Source: Verrucomicrobiota bacterium | GTDB lineage: Bacteria; Verrucomicrobiota; Verrucomicrobiia; Limisphaerales; VHCN01 | Length of the DNA: 64,000 bases | Direction of reading: 5' to 3' | Assembly: GCA_016871675.1 (NCBI GenBank) | Contig: VHCN01000013.1 | Coordinates: forward strand, 1,621-65,620 | Shown: piece after piece, positions 61,624-64,000 of the stretch | Layout: every line of letters begins with the position of its first letter | Position numbering within the stretch: the first letter of the stretch is position 1 | Notes under the pieces: model-generated | The model's input: the letters and a program-made list of their open reading frames with translations, nothing else | What the model was told of the DNA's origin: nothing | Databases searched by the model: none | Made by a program: the position numbers and the translations under genes

Positions 61624-64000
61624 ATGACGGACCTGCGTTTCATCGGCGACTGGCGGTTGGGGAGCGGGCTGGTGCTGGCGGTGGCGCTCGCGGCGCTGGC
61701 GTTCGGGTTGTATCGGCGCGAGACGCGCGGGAGGCGCGACGCGCTCGCGTGGCTGTTGCCCGTGCTGCGGTCCCTGGCGGTGTTCCTCGTGGTGTTGATG
61801 CTCGCCGGGCCGGTGTTGCACCATCGCAAGCTTGTCGGCGAACTCGCGCACGTGCTGCTGTTGGTGGACACCTCCGAAAGCATGCGCCTCACGGACGAGG
61901 CGATGGAGGTGCCGCGCAAGCTCCTCGTCGCGCAGCAACTTGGCTGGGTGCCACCCGAGAAGTTCAACGTCACGCTGCGCGGCGTTGCTTCGCGCCTCGC
62001 CGCGGCGCAGGCTGCGACGCTTGCGCCCCCCGGCTCCTCCGCGGCCGACCTGCCTTCCGTCACCGGGGCTTTCGTGGAACACGTGGAGGCGGCAGGGGAT
62101 CAGCTTGCAAAAGTCCCCGGCACCGTGTGGCCGGACATTTCCAAGCAGTCCGCCACCTTTCAACGCGAGTTGCTCACGCCCGCGCGCAAGCTCGTCGCGG
62201 CCGGCGCCGGGCGGGATGCGCGGAAGGCCGGACAGGATCTCGCGGCGCTGGTCACCCTCGCCGGCAAGTGGGAAAGGGAAACCCGCAAGGCGTTCGACGA
62301 GCACGTGGCGCGGGTGGCCGCGTCGAATGACGCAACCGTCGTCGCCGCGCTCAAGAAGCTTGACGCCACGCCGCGCTGGCAGCGGCTCGAAATGTTGCTG
62401 CTCGGCGGCGGGCACAGCATGCTCGACCGGCTCGCGTCGGAACACCAGGTCGAGCTGGTCGCGCTCGCGGGCGACAAGGCCGAGACGGCGTGGCTGCCCG
62501 GCGCAGGCGGCGTGGATCCTTCGCAGAAGGCGCCGCAGAAACTTCCGCTGGCACCGACGAACTCGCCGACGAATCTCGGCGACCCGCTGCGCGAGCGGGT
62601 GACGGCGCTGCGCGGGGGCGCGAAGTCGGCCGTGGTGCTCTTCACCGACGGCCAGCACAACTCCGGCGCGTCGCCCGTGGAGGTCGCGAAGATGCTGGGC
62701 AACCGCGGCGTGCCGTTGTTTGTGGTCGGCACGGGCTCGCAGCATCCGCCGCCGGATCTCGCCGTGCTCGACGTGAAAGGCCCCGAGACGACGGCGCCGG
62801 ACGCGCGGTTGCAGGGCGAAGTGGTGTTGAAGGACGACATGCGCGCCGGCACGCCGTTCACGCTGCGCATCGAGCATCAGGGCACGGTGCTGTGGGAGAA
62901 GCAGCTTTCGACCGAGAACAAGCACACGCGCGCGGTGCCGTTTGATTTCCCGATCAAGGATCTGGTGGCGGCGCGGATGCGGCAGCTCGACAAGGACCTC
63001 AAGTTCACCACGCTTCCGCTCGCGTTGAAAGTGTCGGTGCCGCCCGTGCCTGGCGAGAAGGACGTGACGAACAACACGGCGACCCTTCGCACGACGGTGA
63101 TCACGCAGAAGCCGAAGGTGCTGCTGCTCGACGGCCGTCCGCGCTGGGAGTTCCGCTACCTGCGCAACCTGCTCGAGCGCGACCAGCGGTGGGACGTGAA
63201 CGCGCTGCTCGCGGGCGCGGGCGGCGAGCAGCGCCCGTGGCAGCGCGGGCTCACGAACGGGATGTTCCCGGCGAACCGCGAGCTTCTGTTCACCTACAGC
63301 CTCGTGGTGTATGGCGACCTGCAGCGCTCGCAAGTCCGCACCGACGAACTGGATTGGCTTCGGGAGTTCGTCGAGAAGCGTGGCGGCGGACTGGTCTTCA
63401 TCGACGGGCGGCAGGAGGGTTTGACGAACCTGCTCAGCACGCCGATTGCGCCGCTGTTGCCGGTGCGCTGGCAGGGCGCGCCGCTGGGCGCGAGCCCGGT
63501 GCGTCTGGTCGTGAAGCCACAGACGGTGGGCGCGGGGCCACTCACGCTGCTGGCGGACCCCGTGGCGAACTCGGAAACGTGGGCGGGTTTTCGCGGACCG
63601 CACTGGGTGGCGCCGGCGCAGGCGTTGCCGGGTGCGGAACTTTGGGTGGAGGCCGAGAGCGGTCCGTCGCGCGCCGCGGCGCTCGTGTTCCGCCGCTTCG
63701 GCGCGGGCCGGGTGCTTTACGCCGCGCACGATGAATCGTGGCGCTGGCGGTTTGAGGTCGGCGACTTGCATCACCAGAAATTCTGGAACCAGGCCGCCAA
63801 GGCCATCATGGAGGCGCCGTTCCCTGTGCAGGACAAGTTTGTCTCGCTCGACAGCGGGCCCGCGAACTACAAGCCCGGGGACACGGCGGATATCCGCGTG
63901 CGGTTGCGCGACGCGCAGGGCGGCATGCTTCTGCGCGCGAAGGCCGAGGCGCAATTGTCGCGCGATGGCAGGCGGGTGGCCTCGCTGCCGCTCGCGGCAG
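61624..64000 (+). CDS. Large membrane-anchored vWA-domain protein with GATase1-like (DUF4159-type) region (partial; continues off-window)
   Basis: Not in the ORF track (no stop before the window end). Own translation from ATG 61624: MTDLRFIGDWRLGSGLVLAVALAALAFGLYRRE...LAVFLVVLMLAGP...HVLLLVDTSESM...AVVLFTDGQHNSGASPVEVAKMLGNRGVPLFVVGTGS...VLLLDGRPRWEFRYLRNLLERD...LREFVEKRGGGLVFIDG. Frame checked at 62599 and 63121. Lies 1 nt after the preceding stop. Confidence 0.7.
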   Translation, partial: MTDLRFIGDWRLGSGLVLAVALAALAFGLYRRETRGRRDALAWLLPVLRSLAVFLVVLMLAGPVLHHRKLVGELAHVLLLVDTSESMRLTDEAMEVPRKLLVAQQLGWVPPEKFNVTLRGVASRLAAAQAATLAPPGSSAADLPSVTGAFVEHVEAAGDQLAKVPGTVWPDISKQSATFQRELLTPARKLVAAGAGRDARKAGQDLAALVTLAGKWERETRKAFDEHVARVAASNDATVVAALKKLDATPRWQRLEMLLLGGGHSMLDRLASEHQVELVALAGDKAETAWLPGAGGVDPSQKAPQKLPLAPTNSPTNLGDPLRERVTALRGGAKSAVVLFTDGQHNSGASPVEVAKMLGNRGVPLFVVGTGSQHPPPDLAVLDVKGPETTAPDARLQGEVVLKDDMRAGTPFTLRIEHQGTVLWEKQLSTENKHTRAVPFDFPIKDLVAARMRQLDKDLKFTTLPLALKVSVPPVPGEKDVTNNTATLRTTVITQKPKVLLLDGRPRWEFRYLRNLLERDQRWDVNALLAGAGGEQRPWQRGLTNGMFPANRELLFTYSLVVYGDLQRSQVRTDELDWLREFVEKRGGGLVFIDGRQEGLTNLLSTPIAPLLPVRWQGAPLGASPVRLVVKPQTVGAGPLTLLADPVANSETWAGFRGPHWVAPAQALPGAELWVEAESGPSRAAALVFRRFGAGRVLYAAHDESWRWRFEVGDLHHQKFWNQAAKAIMEAPFPVQDKFVSLDSGPANYKPGDTADIRVRLRDAQGGMLLRAKAEAQLSRDGRRVASLPLAA

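Noticed and set aside
61492-63954. 820-aa minus-strand ORF
   Set aside because: It is antisense to an open plus-strand frame-1 reading frame from 61624 to the window end. That frame encodes TM helices, a vWA MIDAS-like motif and GATase1-like sequence.

Overview
This is a GC-rich (by eye about two-thirds G+C), gene-dense chromosomal segment with about 58 protein-coding genes on both strands. It is almost certainly from a PVC-superphylum bacterium, probably Verrucomicrobiota-like.

**Lineage markers**
- Two prepilin-type '[24 protein letters not shown]' proteins of the H-X9-DG class.
- A PSCyt1/DUF1549/DUF1553 (PSD1) protein and a PSCyt1-WD40 protein.
- Two 'WPQWRGP' PQQ-like beta-propellers.
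- A DUF58/BatA/vWA module.

**Core content**
- Housekeeping metabolism: accA, accB-accC, gap, korAB, a giant PFOR-like enzyme, aroQ, pdxJ, acpS, mnmA, ribBA-ribH, folP, cdaA-cdaR-glmM and holB.
- Envelope and secretome genes: a porin, an O-antigen-ligase-like protein, a glycosyltransferase, a flippase, lipoproteins, esterases and proteases.

I recognised no rRNA, tRNA, CRISPR array, transposase, integrase or phage gene. I found no convincing defence island. Many long ORFs in the supplied track are antisense artefacts of the high GC content.

**Items most worth a second look**
1. A PFOR-like oxidoreductase of about 1,590-1,600 aa with large insertions.
2. A GIDE-LemA fusion inside a minus-strand cluster (possible UreF-like protein, insert-bearing propeller, GIDE-LemA, DUF167, HAD).
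3. Coding-like sequence that abuts the TGA stop of a rhomboid gene in the same frame, inside a cluster of four protease genes.
4. A DUF58-BatA-vWA module with no adjacent MoxR ATPase.
5. A His/Cys small membrane protein, porin and ZnuA operon.
6. A terminator-like hairpin in the ribBA leader where I could not recognise an FMN-riboswitch core.

All family calls come from motif recognition by eye. None has been verified by a search.
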